40,833 nt of DNA, from positions 1 through 40,833 of IMG/VR virus record IMGVR_UViG_3300007609_001205. The stretch is one strand, 5' to 3'. Below are positions 18,663 through 26,907 of the stretch, piece by piece. The stretch's first letter is position 1; each line of letters begins with the position of its first letter. Both the position numbers and the translations under genes were made by a program. The notes under the pieces are model-generated. The model saw only the letters and a program-made list of their open reading frames with translations, was not told the DNA's origin and ran no database searches. This DNA is from a virus. Taxonomy: Duplodnaviria; Heunggongvirae; Uroviricota; Caudoviricetes.

Positions 18663-20987
18663 ATGAGTAATTTCAGTAATCCAACATTCATAAATCCATT
18701 GAGTCAGACAGACCGGACCATCAAAATATATGATGAAGACCTTAACATAAGGCATACGATCAATGCGCACACAGTAAAAAATGTTTTTGTTGTGAATAAC
18801 CTTATAAAGATAAGTTTGAACTCGGATAGAGTAATAACATTAGACTTCAATTCTTCGAATGAGGCAACATTGGCACTACCCAAACTCAAACAACAAATAG
18901 ACCAATTGAGCAACAAAACCCCACTCAGAATTGATAAACCAATAGAAGAATATATCCAAGGAATGGGATTATCATATTCAAATGGAAACCTTTTTGTGAA
19001 TGCAAATATGATACCTGTATCTGGATCATATTCCATCGGTTCTTCTGCATCTCTTTGGAAAGATATTTTTGTATCAACAAGTTCGGTACATATTGGTGGT
19101 GCAACAATATCAAGTGATGGAAACGCCATATTAATGGATTCACTAGGATTGGTAAGTGGTACAAACTCATTGATACTCACAAATGATAATGGATTTCTGA
19201 ACATAGGTGGTTTAACTACATCAATGGGGACTACTGGACCAACGGGGGCTACTGGACCACAAGGTATTCAAGGTGCAACTGGGCCACAAGGACCAACAGG
19301 AGGTGGACTTGGATTATTGAACGGCTCAACTGTATCTATACCGGTAGGTATTATGAATATAAACTCAATACGTACTGAAATAAGCAATGAAAATTTTAAC
19401 TTTTTCACAACATCTGCAATATTCGATTACCCATATACATTTACAGGTGATATAGCAACATACTCAACTACTATTCAACCGGGCAATCGTCCATACACAC
19501 AAACCGTAATGACGGGATTGTTCAGTGTTGGAGAATTATTTCCGGGACTCGACATGATAGCAACCTATAAGTATTATATGTTTGGGGAAAGGGGAATAAC
19601 ATCATCATACTTAGAATCAAGTGAGTTCCAATCATCTGGAATAATCTCGAAATATACCTACATATATGCAGGACTAACCCCATCAAATGGATTATCTGCA
19701 TCAACACAACACCGCCACCGTTTTTATTATAACGATTACGTGGAAACATATGATAGTGGTGATGTATCACTGACATATGATGGTACTATGTCATACACAT
19801 ACAGTAATGATATAAATGAAGGACTTTCTGTAGAAAATTCATTTCAAATAGGGAAAGAATATAATTATGGTTTTGGGTTTATTGGAACACACTCATTGTT
19901 CATGAATGGAACATATTCAAATGTAACAAAACCAACCCACTCAGATGCATTCAGTGTATATGTTGGACAAGATTCGGCTCAATATATTTCTTCGGGAGAT
20001 AGTGCAACAGCATCAGCATTCAATGTTGCAGTCGGACATTCTGCAATGAAGGATAGTGTTCTATCATCTTTTAATGTTGCAGTGGGGTTCGAAGCAGGTA
20101 AGACTGCAGAAAATGCATTCAATACATATATTGGAACAAGTGCAGGTAGATATGACAAAGGGACATATAATACATACATTGGAACAAATGCAGGACAGAG
20201 TTCAACTGCAAGTTCTAACACAGTAAATAATACATTTATAGGCATAAATTCGGGACAATCATCATTAAGTGGCTCAGGTAATAATACATTTGTTGGTGCA
20301 AACTCCGGAAGTGATAACACCACAGGTGGATTTAACACATTCTTTGGGGCTTATTCCGGTGTTGATAATACAGAGGGTGATAACAATACCTTTATCGGTG
20401 CTTACTCAGGATTCAACCATACAACAGGAACTAACAATTTATTCATTGGCCACCAATCTGGATATGATACCATATCAGCATCTGCTTCTGTGATAATCGG
20501 TGGTTATTCTACAGAATTACTAGGATCACTATCTATTGAAAACATATACTTAGCAGATGGGAATGGGAATTTGAGATACCATTATGATGGAACACAATCT
20601 ATTATAAAAGATAACCTCAAAGTTGAAGGTGCTTTAGATATCGGTGCAGTATCTGAGAGATATGGACAATACACGACCTCATCAAATACACACTTTTATG
20701 ATTGCACATCCGGTAACATATTCTACCACGAATCTTTAACATCACCATTTAAAGTAGACCTCATAAACCTACAAGAGAATGATGTTAATACCATAACAAT
20801 AATATTAGAACAAAGTGGTACAATTTACCAACCAGAATCATATTTAATAAATGGAGTTACACATTCTGTTAAATGGTCAAATGGAACATACTCGTTTAAC
20901 TCTGACCAAACAGATATAATTGGACTTAGCATTTTAAAAACAGGTACATCATCAACTATACTTGGACAAACAAATACATTCAATTGA
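18663..20987 (+). CDS. Tail-fibre-like protein with collagen segment and N-T-x-I-G beta-roll repeats
   Basis: GTTGPTGATGPQGIQGATGPQGPTG; about 9 repeats of N[TV][YFA][IVF]G..[AS]G; TAAATATATA immediately upstream. Confidence 0.7.
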   Translation: MSNFSNPTFINPLSQTDRTIKIYDEDLNIRHTINAHTVKNVFVVNNLIKISLNSDRVITLDFNSSNEATLALPKLKQQIDQLSNKTPLRIDKPIEEYIQGMGLSYSNGNLFVNANMIPVSGSYSIGSSASLWKDIFVSTSSVHIGGATISSDGNAILMDSLGLVSGTNSLILTNDNGFLNIGGLTTSMGTTGPTGATGPQGIQGATGPQGPTGGGLGLLNGSTVSIPVGIMNINSIRTEISNENFNFFTTSAIFDYPYTFTGDIATYSTTIQPGNRPYTQTVMTGLFSVGELFPGLDMIATYKYYMFGERGITSSYLESSEFQSSGIISKYTYIYAGLTPSNGLSASTQHRHRFYYNDYVETYDSGDVSLTYDGTMSYTYSNDINEGLSVENSFQIGKEYNYGFGFIGTHSLFMNGTYSNVTKPTHSDAFSVYVGQDSAQYISSGDSATASAFNVAVGHSAMKDSVLSSFNVAVGFEAGKTAENAFNTYIGTSAGRYDKGTYNTYIGTNAGQSSTASSNTVNNTFIGINSGQSSLSGSGNNTFVGANSGSDNTTGGFNTFFGAYSGVDNTEGDNNTFIGAYSGFNHTTGTNNLFIGHQSGYDTISASASVIIGGYSTELLGSLSIENIYLADGNGNLRYHYDGTQSIIKDNLKVEGALDIGAVSERYGQYTTSSNTHFYDCTSGNIFYHESLTSPFKVDLINLQENDVNTITIILEQSGTIYQPESYLINGVTHSVKWSNGTYSFNSDQTDIIGLSILKTGTSSTILGQTNTFN

Positions 20988-20988
20988 T

Positions 20989-22503
20989 ATGTTAGGAAGG
21001 CTTTCATCACATATTGGACCACTGAATAAAATTGGTCATATTAAAACTAGTTTGGGTGGTGATAGTTTTATATCAACTTGGGACACTACTCAGGCTGGTA
21101 GTGCATCTGACACAGTAGTTCTACCACTTGAATCGGGTGGTGTATATTCGGGCACAATTGACTGGGGTGATGGTAATACATCATCATTAAGTTATGCCAA
21201 CAGAACGCACGTATATGCCTCATCAGGTACTTACACAATTACTATAAGTGGTACTATCGAAGGATTCCAGTTTAACAATGGAGGTGATAAAGAGAAGATT
21301 ATTGATATATCTAATTGGGGTGCATTAAACCTTACTAATGGCTCAGTATTTTACGGATGTGTTAACTTAGATATAAGTGCGACAGATGCTCCTACAATAA
21401 CTACTACAACATTTAACTCAATGTTCAGAGATTGTCAATCCATAGTAAATGCAGATTTAAATAGTTGGGATGTTTCTGCTGTAACTGATATGACTTACTG
21501 TTTTGGGCGAATTGGTGGTGGTAATGATACCTGTCAGATAAACCCAAATATCAGTGATTGGGATGTTTCTTCTGTTACTAATATGAGTTATATGTTCAGT
21601 AAGAATATTACATTTAATAGACCACTTAACAGTTGGGACGTATCATCTGTAACAAATATGTTTGAAATGTTCAGTGGTGCAGATTTATTCAATCAGCCAT
21701 TGGATAATTGGAACACTTCATCTGTAACAAATATGGGAAGGATGTTCGGTGGATATTCACTTAGAACAAATACTTTCAATCAGGACATAAACGCCTGGGA
21801 CGTATCCAATGTAACAAATTTCGTTGAAATGTTTTCTTATGGTGATTTTGCTGGCGATATAAGGGATTGGAATTTAACATCTGCATCATCAACGAATTTA
21901 ATGTTTGCTTATAATAATGGTACACCAAACCTTTCAAATTGGAACACTTCTACCATCACAGATATGGAGGAGATGTTCAGAAACTCTAATTTCAATGGAG
22001 ATATAAGTGGTTGGGATACGAGTTCTGTTACTAATATGGTACGTATGTTCCAAGTTGCAACACAATTCAATCAAGATATCAGTAGTTGGGATGTGAGTTC
22101 TGTTACTAATATGATAAGTATGTTTTCGGGTGCAGGTTCTTTCAATCAACCAATCGGTTCTTGGACTACTACTTCACTTGTAAGAATTGATAGGATGTTC
22201 AGAAGACTTTCTAATGTAGTGTGTGTCTTTAATCAAGACATTAGTAATTGGGATGTAACTGGTATAACAAATGCATCAGAGTTTATGAGGTTAAGTACTT
22301 CTTTATCAACTACAAATTACGACCCAGTATTGGTGGCTTGGGAAGCACAATTACAAACAGCATATCCAGGTGGTATAGGCTCACCAAATGTTAATATACA
22401 TTTTAGTAATAGCCAATACACATTAGGAAGTGCAGCCGAAACTGCAAGAACAAGTTTAATTAGCACATTTGGTTGGTCAATAACTGATGGAGGTGGAATA
22501 TAA
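20989..22503 (+). CDS. BspA-like/DUF285 repeat protein with PKD-like N-terminal domain, probable virion adhesin
   Basis: IDWGDG motif and about 11 repeats of [IL]..W[DN][VT]S.VT.M..MF; ATG 20989 follows the upstream stop at 20987. Confidence 0.85.
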   Translation: MLGRLSSHIGPLNKIGHIKTSLGGDSFISTWDTTQAGSASDTVVLPLESGGVYSGTIDWGDGNTSSLSYANRTHVYASSGTYTITISGTIEGFQFNNGGDKEKIIDISNWGALNLTNGSVFYGCVNLDISATDAPTITTTTFNSMFRDCQSIVNADLNSWDVSAVTDMTYCFGRIGGGNDTCQINPNISDWDVSSVTNMSYMFSKNITFNRPLNSWDVSSVTNMFEMFSGADLFNQPLDNWNTSSVTNMGRMFGGYSLRTNTFNQDINAWDVSNVTNFVEMFSYGDFAGDIRDWNLTSASSTNLMFAYNNGTPNLSNWNTSTITDMEEMFRNSNFNGDISGWDTSSVTNMVRMFQVATQFNQDISSWDVSSVTNMISMFSGAGSFNQPIGSWTTTSLVRIDRMFRRLSNVVCVFNQDISNWDVTGITNASEFMRLSTSLSTTNYDPVLVAWEAQLQTAYPGGIGSPNVNIHFSNSQYTLGSAAETARTSLISTFGWSITDGGGI

Positions 22504-22519
22504 AATAAATAAAATAGAA

Positions 22520-22711
22520 ATGACAAATTTAGAATATCCGGAAAATGAATTATGGTACATCCTAGTAAGGGATTTAGAAATCACAGGTTATGGTTCACTG
22601 CAACCAAGTCAAGTTCTATCAACAACTGCAGATATAGACGTATTTGAATCAGAAATAGAATGGGAAGTTATATTAACAGAAAATGACATAAAGTTAGATG
22701 AGTTGGAATGA
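22520..22711 (+). CDS. Small acidic protein, possibly a fibre-associated chaperone
   Basis: MTNLEYPENELWY... directly after the fibre-like genes; ATG 22520. Confidence 0.55.
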   Translation: MTNLEYPENELWYILVRDLEITGYGSLQPSQVLSTTADIDVFESEIEWEVILTENDIKLDELE

Positions 22712-22760
22712 TAGATATGCGATAGAGATACCAAAGAAAAATTAAAATACTAAATACATT

Positions 22761-23195
22761 ATGAATATACATAGATATAAAAAATTCAACGAATCAAGGG
22801 GTGGTGAACGAGTTTCCGAAGATCATGAAGATGTTGCTTTCGTCAAGGAAGTTTTCAGTGAGTTAGTTGATGATTTCCCAATTAACAAATCCAAGATATG
22901 GGGGTATCGTAAATATGGAAACGATAAAGATACCACTATAAGATGTATGTTATATTTTGAAGGCACGACACTTGAACTCTATAAACCATCAATAAGTATC
23001 ATACCCGAACTCCCAAAAATAAGTAAAACCATTGAAACAATACAAAAGATACACAAAACAATTAGTGATATGGTACAGATTATTGAAGGTTATGGTCTTA
23101 CTTGTGAAAAATATTCCATAAACCCACCCAATTCGGAACATGATCTATACATCTCCATAGATTTTCTAAGAACAGATGATCCACTCACGAAATAG
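22761..23195 (+). CDS. Hypothetical protein with YKKFNES leader
   Basis: 144-aa ORF. Confidence 0.7.
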   Translation: MNIHRYKKFNESRGGERVSEDHEDVAFVKEVFSELVDDFPINKSKIWGYRKYGNDKDTTIRCMLYFEGTTLELYKPSISIIPELPKISKTIETIQKIHKTISDMVQIIEGYGLTCEKYSINPPNSEHDLYISIDFLRTDDPLTK

Positions 23196-23213
23196 ATTTA
23201 TCATCTATTTTGT

Positions 23214-23438
23214 CTATATTTCATCACTCAACAAACCAAGGAAAAAACTCAACCTATTTCTCCGTTTAATCATTTTATCATAACGCCTTTGGGCATCCAC
23301 ATCATCACAAACCCCACCCATATCACGGTCTATTTGCTCAAAACGCCAAAAATCTCGGATTGAACTCTCCAAGAGTGATAATTCTTTCTTGTTTTTTCTT
23401 CTTTCTTTTCCCGAAATAAAATAAGGTGATTCATTCAT
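23214..23438 (-). CDS. Small hypothetical protein
   Basis: 74 aa; overlaps the NADAR stop by 8 nt. Confidence 0.55.
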   Translation of the reverse strand: MNESPYFISGKERRKNKKELSLLESSIRDFWRFEQIDRDMGGVCDDVDAQRRYDKMIKRRNRLSFFLGLLSDEI

Positions 23439-23964
23439 TTCCTTTACTTAAAAAATTTCTATTTACTCGATCTTCCAAAGATGGCTTTTCTTCATCCTTA
23501 ATACTTTCCCTTATCGACATTTGAAGGATTCCAAGTTTGTTCTCACCTCCCCCCTTCAAATTACAATTATCACATCTACAATCACCCCAATAATTGTCGT
23601 GATGGTAATTTCCCTCAATAATATGATCATCACCAGTTGCCAATAACATATCTTTGAGATCCTGATGTTTGGTGAATTTATAAGTAACACCAAATGACAT
23701 AACATCGTCTTTTATAGAATCCCAATCAGAACGTATCTTACGTGTTCTACCTAGCTTTTTAGCATCTGATGGGTCTTTTATACTCGAAATCATTTCTTTG
23801 AAATCGGGTTCAGTGAAATGATACCCACCATAGAATTGCATACCACGGAATTTTTGTGCTACATAATAATGCTCAACAGATGGATATGATATACCCTTGT
23901 GTTTTATCTCACATGGATAAAAGTTGGAAAGGAAAAAATATCTACCCCTAAACCTATCTATCAT
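23431..23964 (-). CDS. NADAR (YbiA-like) family ADP-ribosylhydrolase
   Basis: FLSNFY, SVEHYYVAQKF, AKKLGR, W...K..VM...KF, LLATGD..IIE, DNYWG and G.NKLG motifs. Confidence 0.9.
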   Translation of the reverse strand: MIDRFRGRYFFLSNFYPCEIKHKGISYPSVEHYYVAQKFRGMQFYGGYHFTEPDFKEMISSIKDPSDAKKLGRTRKIRSDWDSIKDDVMSFGVTYKFTKHQDLKDMLLATGDDHIIEGNYHHDNYWGDCRCDNCNLKGGGENKLGILQMSIRESIKDEEKPSLEDRVNRNFLSKGNE

Positions 23965-24299
23965 ACACGGATAAATTCATCTTTCTTAACAGCCTTCTGA
24001 ATCCATCTATTGAGGAATGAAGCCTTTATCTCATTATCAAAAGCCGTAGTACCAAGGTCAGACGACAACTCATATATGGTCATTGATCGATCATCTGAAA
24101 TATCAGCTAGTCCATATTCAGCAGCACTACTCATACAAAATTCATTTTCCACAGTAGGAATAGGGAACTGATATGTCCCACTTGACAATTCTACCTTGTA
24201 GTATAGGTTACCAGCCACATAATGACTGAAATGAGCAAGTGTTCTGCTTTTAATCAATTCTTTCTTGATTTCTGTTATATCCAATTGAGTTGTTTCCAT
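23961..24299 (-). CDS. Hypothetical phage protein
   Basis: True start probably METTQL (ATG 24299); the track's longer start runs through the tmRNA 3' end and terminator. Confidence 0.7.
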   Translation of the reverse strand: METTQLDITEIKKELIKSRTLAHFSHYVAGNLYYKVELSSGTYQFPIPTVENEFCMSSAAEYGLADISDDRSMTIYELSSDLGTTAFDNEIKASFLNRWIQKAVKKDEFIRV

Positions 24300-24338
24300 A
24301 TAGGTTTTATAATAAATATTTAAAAAGTTGTTGAAAAG

Positions 24339-24367
24339 AAAAAACCCTACTTCGGTAGGGTTTTTTT
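24339..24367. terminator. Rho-independent terminator after ssrA, potentially bidirectional
   Basis: AAAAAACCCTAC-TTCG-GTAGGGTTTTTTT: perfect stem with A and T tracts on either side. Confidence 0.85.
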
Positions 24368-24738
24368 GTGGAGGCGGAGGGATTCGAACCCTCATCTTCA
24401 TAACGGAACGATATCAATCATTCACAAGTTTAGTCAAATTTTTCTAAATCTGACAAAATATTCGGTTCTTTCGTATCTAAAAAACTCCGACAAAAAACCC
24501 ACACCATTTTAGACTGCTGTGTTTCAGTGGAACTTTTAATGAATCAGTGGTTAAACCAACTCAAGCTCAGTTGCCTCGAACTGTCCGTTTCGTAGAACCG
24601 CTACTACATCTTCACGAGTACCTACTTCATTTGTAACGTTGCCGTTTACAAGTTGATCGACTTATCAAATCGGTGTCAATCAGCCCGATACCTGCTCAAT
24701 AACGAACGACATTATAAATCAACTGCCGAAACGCCCCC
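24368..24738 (-). ncRNA. ssrA: tmRNA (transfer-messenger RNA), about 370 nt
   Basis: 5' GGGGGCG pairs with 3' CGCCTCC including the G3-U70 Ala determinant and discriminator A; T-arm GAGGG-TTCGAAT-CCCTC; internal resume context TAAAC|GGC AAC and tag ORF 24643-24551; CCA not fully encoded. Confidence 0.92.
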
Positions 24739-24751
24739 AGATCATCATTAC

Positions 24752-24770
24752 TATATATTATACAAATATA
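24752..24770 (-). promoter_or_regulatory. Tandem host-type (TATATTTG, 24770-24763) and phage-type (ATAATATATA, 24761-24752) promoter motifs upstream of ssrA
   Basis: Minus strand reads TATATTTGTATAATATATAG, ending 12 nt before the mature 5' end. Confidence 0.55.
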
Positions 24771-24811
24771 CGAAAAAAAGTTTATACGGATTTTATATAT
24801 AGATAATAGAT

Positions 24812-25759
24812 ATGGGAATTATTAAACACATAGGAAATTTCATAGTTGAAAGAAATGGTGATTTCGAAGGCGGTGACCACATTCATTCATTTATAGGAAT
24901 GAGTGACGATGAACTTGATAACATAACAATAGATGTGTTTGAACTTATCAAGGAAAAGGTTCTACAAGTAGCATATGGTTATGCAAATTCATTAATAATA
25001 ACAGGTCAATCGGGAGTTGGAAAGACACATGATGTAACAACTACACTAGAAGGTGCAAACTTACGAGAAGGAATTGATTATATATTCAACTCAGGTAACA
25101 TATCAGAAGCCAATCTTTTTGAGGAATTGTTTATGAACCACGACAAATTGATAATATTCGATGATTGTGATTCTGTTTTCAAAGATGTAAATACATTAAA
25201 ATCTGCACTTGATTCAAAACCCAAAAGAACCGTAACAAGAAAATTGAAAAGCCACTTCGATGTTGCAGGGATGACCATGAATGATATAATTGCAAATTTC
25301 AAAGGGGATAAATCAATGGCAGACAATAAACAACTGTTTTTTCCTAAGAATAAAGGGAAACTCCCAAAACAATTTACATTCACAGGAAGAGTAATATTCA
25401 TATCCAACCTTAAACAACACGAAATAGACCCTGCATTGGTAACAAGGGCAACTGCAAGTATTGATGTTGATCTAACACATGAAGAGGTATTGGAAAGGCT
25501 TAAAGGCATACTCACAAGTATGAAGCCTGATATCCCAGATGAAATGAAAGAAGAAGTTCTTAATTTAGTGGATTACCTGACCATGAACTTTGAAACAAGA
25601 CACCCACTTAGTATCAGAACAGTTGCAAATGCAATGGACACTCGTGTAAGTAATGATAAGAGGTATAAAACCATCAACGGTAAGAAATATCCATTGTGGG
25701 CTATTATGATAAAAGAAGATCTAGTTGGTAAGAAAGCCAAAAAAAGACCAACGGAATGA
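24812..25759 (+). CDS. P-loop AAA+-type ATPase
   Basis: Walker A GQSGVGKT, Walker B LIIFDDCD, LKSALDS, FTGRVIFISN. Confidence 0.85.
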   Translation: MGIIKHIGNFIVERNGDFEGGDHIHSFIGMSDDELDNITIDVFELIKEKVLQVAYGYANSLIITGQSGVGKTHDVTTTLEGANLREGIDYIFNSGNISEANLFEELFMNHDKLIIFDDCDSVFKDVNTLKSALDSKPKRTVTRKLKSHFDVAGMTMNDIIANFKGDKSMADNKQLFFPKNKGKLPKQFTFTGRVIFISNLKQHEIDPALVTRATASIDVDLTHEEVLERLKGILTSMKPDIPDEMKEEVLNLVDYLTMNFETRHPLSIRTVANAMDTRVSNDKRYKTINGKKYPLWAIMIKEDLVGKKAKKRPTE

Positions 25760-26349
25760 AAAAATTAAAACATTTCATAGAATTCATAAAGGAATCCAAT
25801 GACGAATGGGTAGAAAGAACTGTACCAATACCAGTAAAGGATTTTTTCAGCAAATGGTTCAGTGATAAGAAGAAAATTGACGAAGATGATAATTACATCA
25901 CTTATGTTTACCACAACAAAGAATATGATGATAAAGAAGGAGAATATTGGTGGGAGAAAAAGAAAATAATAAAATTAGACAAAAGTAGAGATGATGTAAC
26001 ACACTATTATGAATATGATGAAATAAACAGACCTCTATATAAAGTGAGAGAAGAAGGTATGACCAGAGAACAAGAACTGATGATACGTTGTTGGTGTGGT
26101 ACTGAAAAGAATCCAAAACCGAATGGGAAATACATTGGATTTGAAAAAGGATTGGCAATGTATAAAAGTTTCCTATCGGATAGGATAAATGGTAAATTAT
26201 ATCACGTTTTACCGGATGGGGATATATTAGAAATGTTGGATGATGAAAAATTAGAGGATGAAGATTACGTAAATGATAAAATAGATTTTCTCCTTGATAC
26301 AAGAAATGAAGATAAAATACACATCATACAAAGACAATTAGGAAACTGA
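25756..26349 (+). CDS. Hypothetical protein with MKKLKHFIEFIKES leader
   Basis: 197 aa; ATGA-coupled to the ATPase. Confidence 0.7.
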   Translation: MKKLKHFIEFIKESNDEWVERTVPIPVKDFFSKWFSDKKKIDEDDNYITYVYHNKEYDDKEGEYWWEKKKIIKLDKSRDDVTHYYEYDEINRPLYKVREEGMTREQELMIRCWCGTEKNPKPNGKYIGFEKGLAMYKSFLSDRINGKLYHVLPDGDILEMLDDEKLEDEDYVNDKIDFLLDTRNEDKIHIIQRQLGN

Positions 26350-26907
26350 TGCCAACTTCTCTTCAAGTCTGGCTTTACGAGCCTTTGCTTCATCTACCTT
26401 GAACTTTGGTGCATTTTCAACGAAACCCTTATTGTTCAATTGTTTATTCACCTTTTCAAGACTACTTTTCAGTTTATCAACATCCACAACTATCTCACTA
26501 ACATCATCGACTTTTCTAAATTGTGGTTTCTGTCCCTCAATGTCAAATAAAATGCCTTTATCAGACGACTTCCCAAGTTTCACAAAAACAGTCTCATGTG
26601 ATGCCAGTTGAACCATCTTCCATTCTTTTAAAAATTCAGTTAGATCATTTTTTATATTACTCTCACCAGACATGATATCTCTCAGTTCAAATACTTCGGG
26701 TATAAAGTTCTTCCATTTATCAAATAAGCCAGTGTTTTGAAAGACACTGAACCAAGAACCAGAAGAAATAACTTGTGATATATCACCAATATCCATTCTG
26801 ATATCAGTCACAACCACACCATTCACTTCTATACTTTCAGAATCTATACGGGATTTTATATCATTTACCTTCAATCCCCATTCTTTCAATATTGTCTGTA
26901 GTTTCAT
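26338..26907 (-). CDS. Protein with S4-like N-terminus and valyl-tRNA synthetase C-terminal coiled-coil arm
   Basis: C-terminus KSSLEKVNKQLNNKGFVENAPKFKVDEAKARKARLEEKL matches the ValRS tRNA-binding arm (L.N..FV..AP); N-terminus MKLQTILKEWGL...I...SIEVNGVVV is S4-like; start moved to ATG 26907. Confidence 0.65.
   Translation of the reverse strand: MKLQTILKEWGLKVNDIKSRIDSESIEVNGVVVTDIRMDIGDISQVISSGSWFSVFQNTGLFDKWKNFIPEVFELRDIMSGESNIKNDLTEFLKEWKMVQLASHETVFVKLGKSSDKGILFDIEGQKPQFRKVDDVSEIVVDVDKLKSSLEKVNKQLNNKGFVENAPKFKVDEAKARKARLEEKLASVS

Noticed and set aside
24368-24400. Stand-alone tRNA-Ala
   Set aside because: The matching 5' acceptor strand is about 370 nt away with a tag ORF in between, so it is a tmRNA.
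23961-24401. 146-aa version of this ORF from the track
   Set aside because: The 5' extension runs through the tmRNA T-arm and terminator; ATG 24299 is preferred.
24771-24790. Recurrent AAACTTT heptamer upstream of promoter elements (also near 32-38, 11785-11791, 30037-30043, 34161-34167)
   Set aside because: Spacing to the TAnnTTTG element varies (4-13 nt) and the motif is expected often in AT-rich DNA; it cannot be supported without a count.
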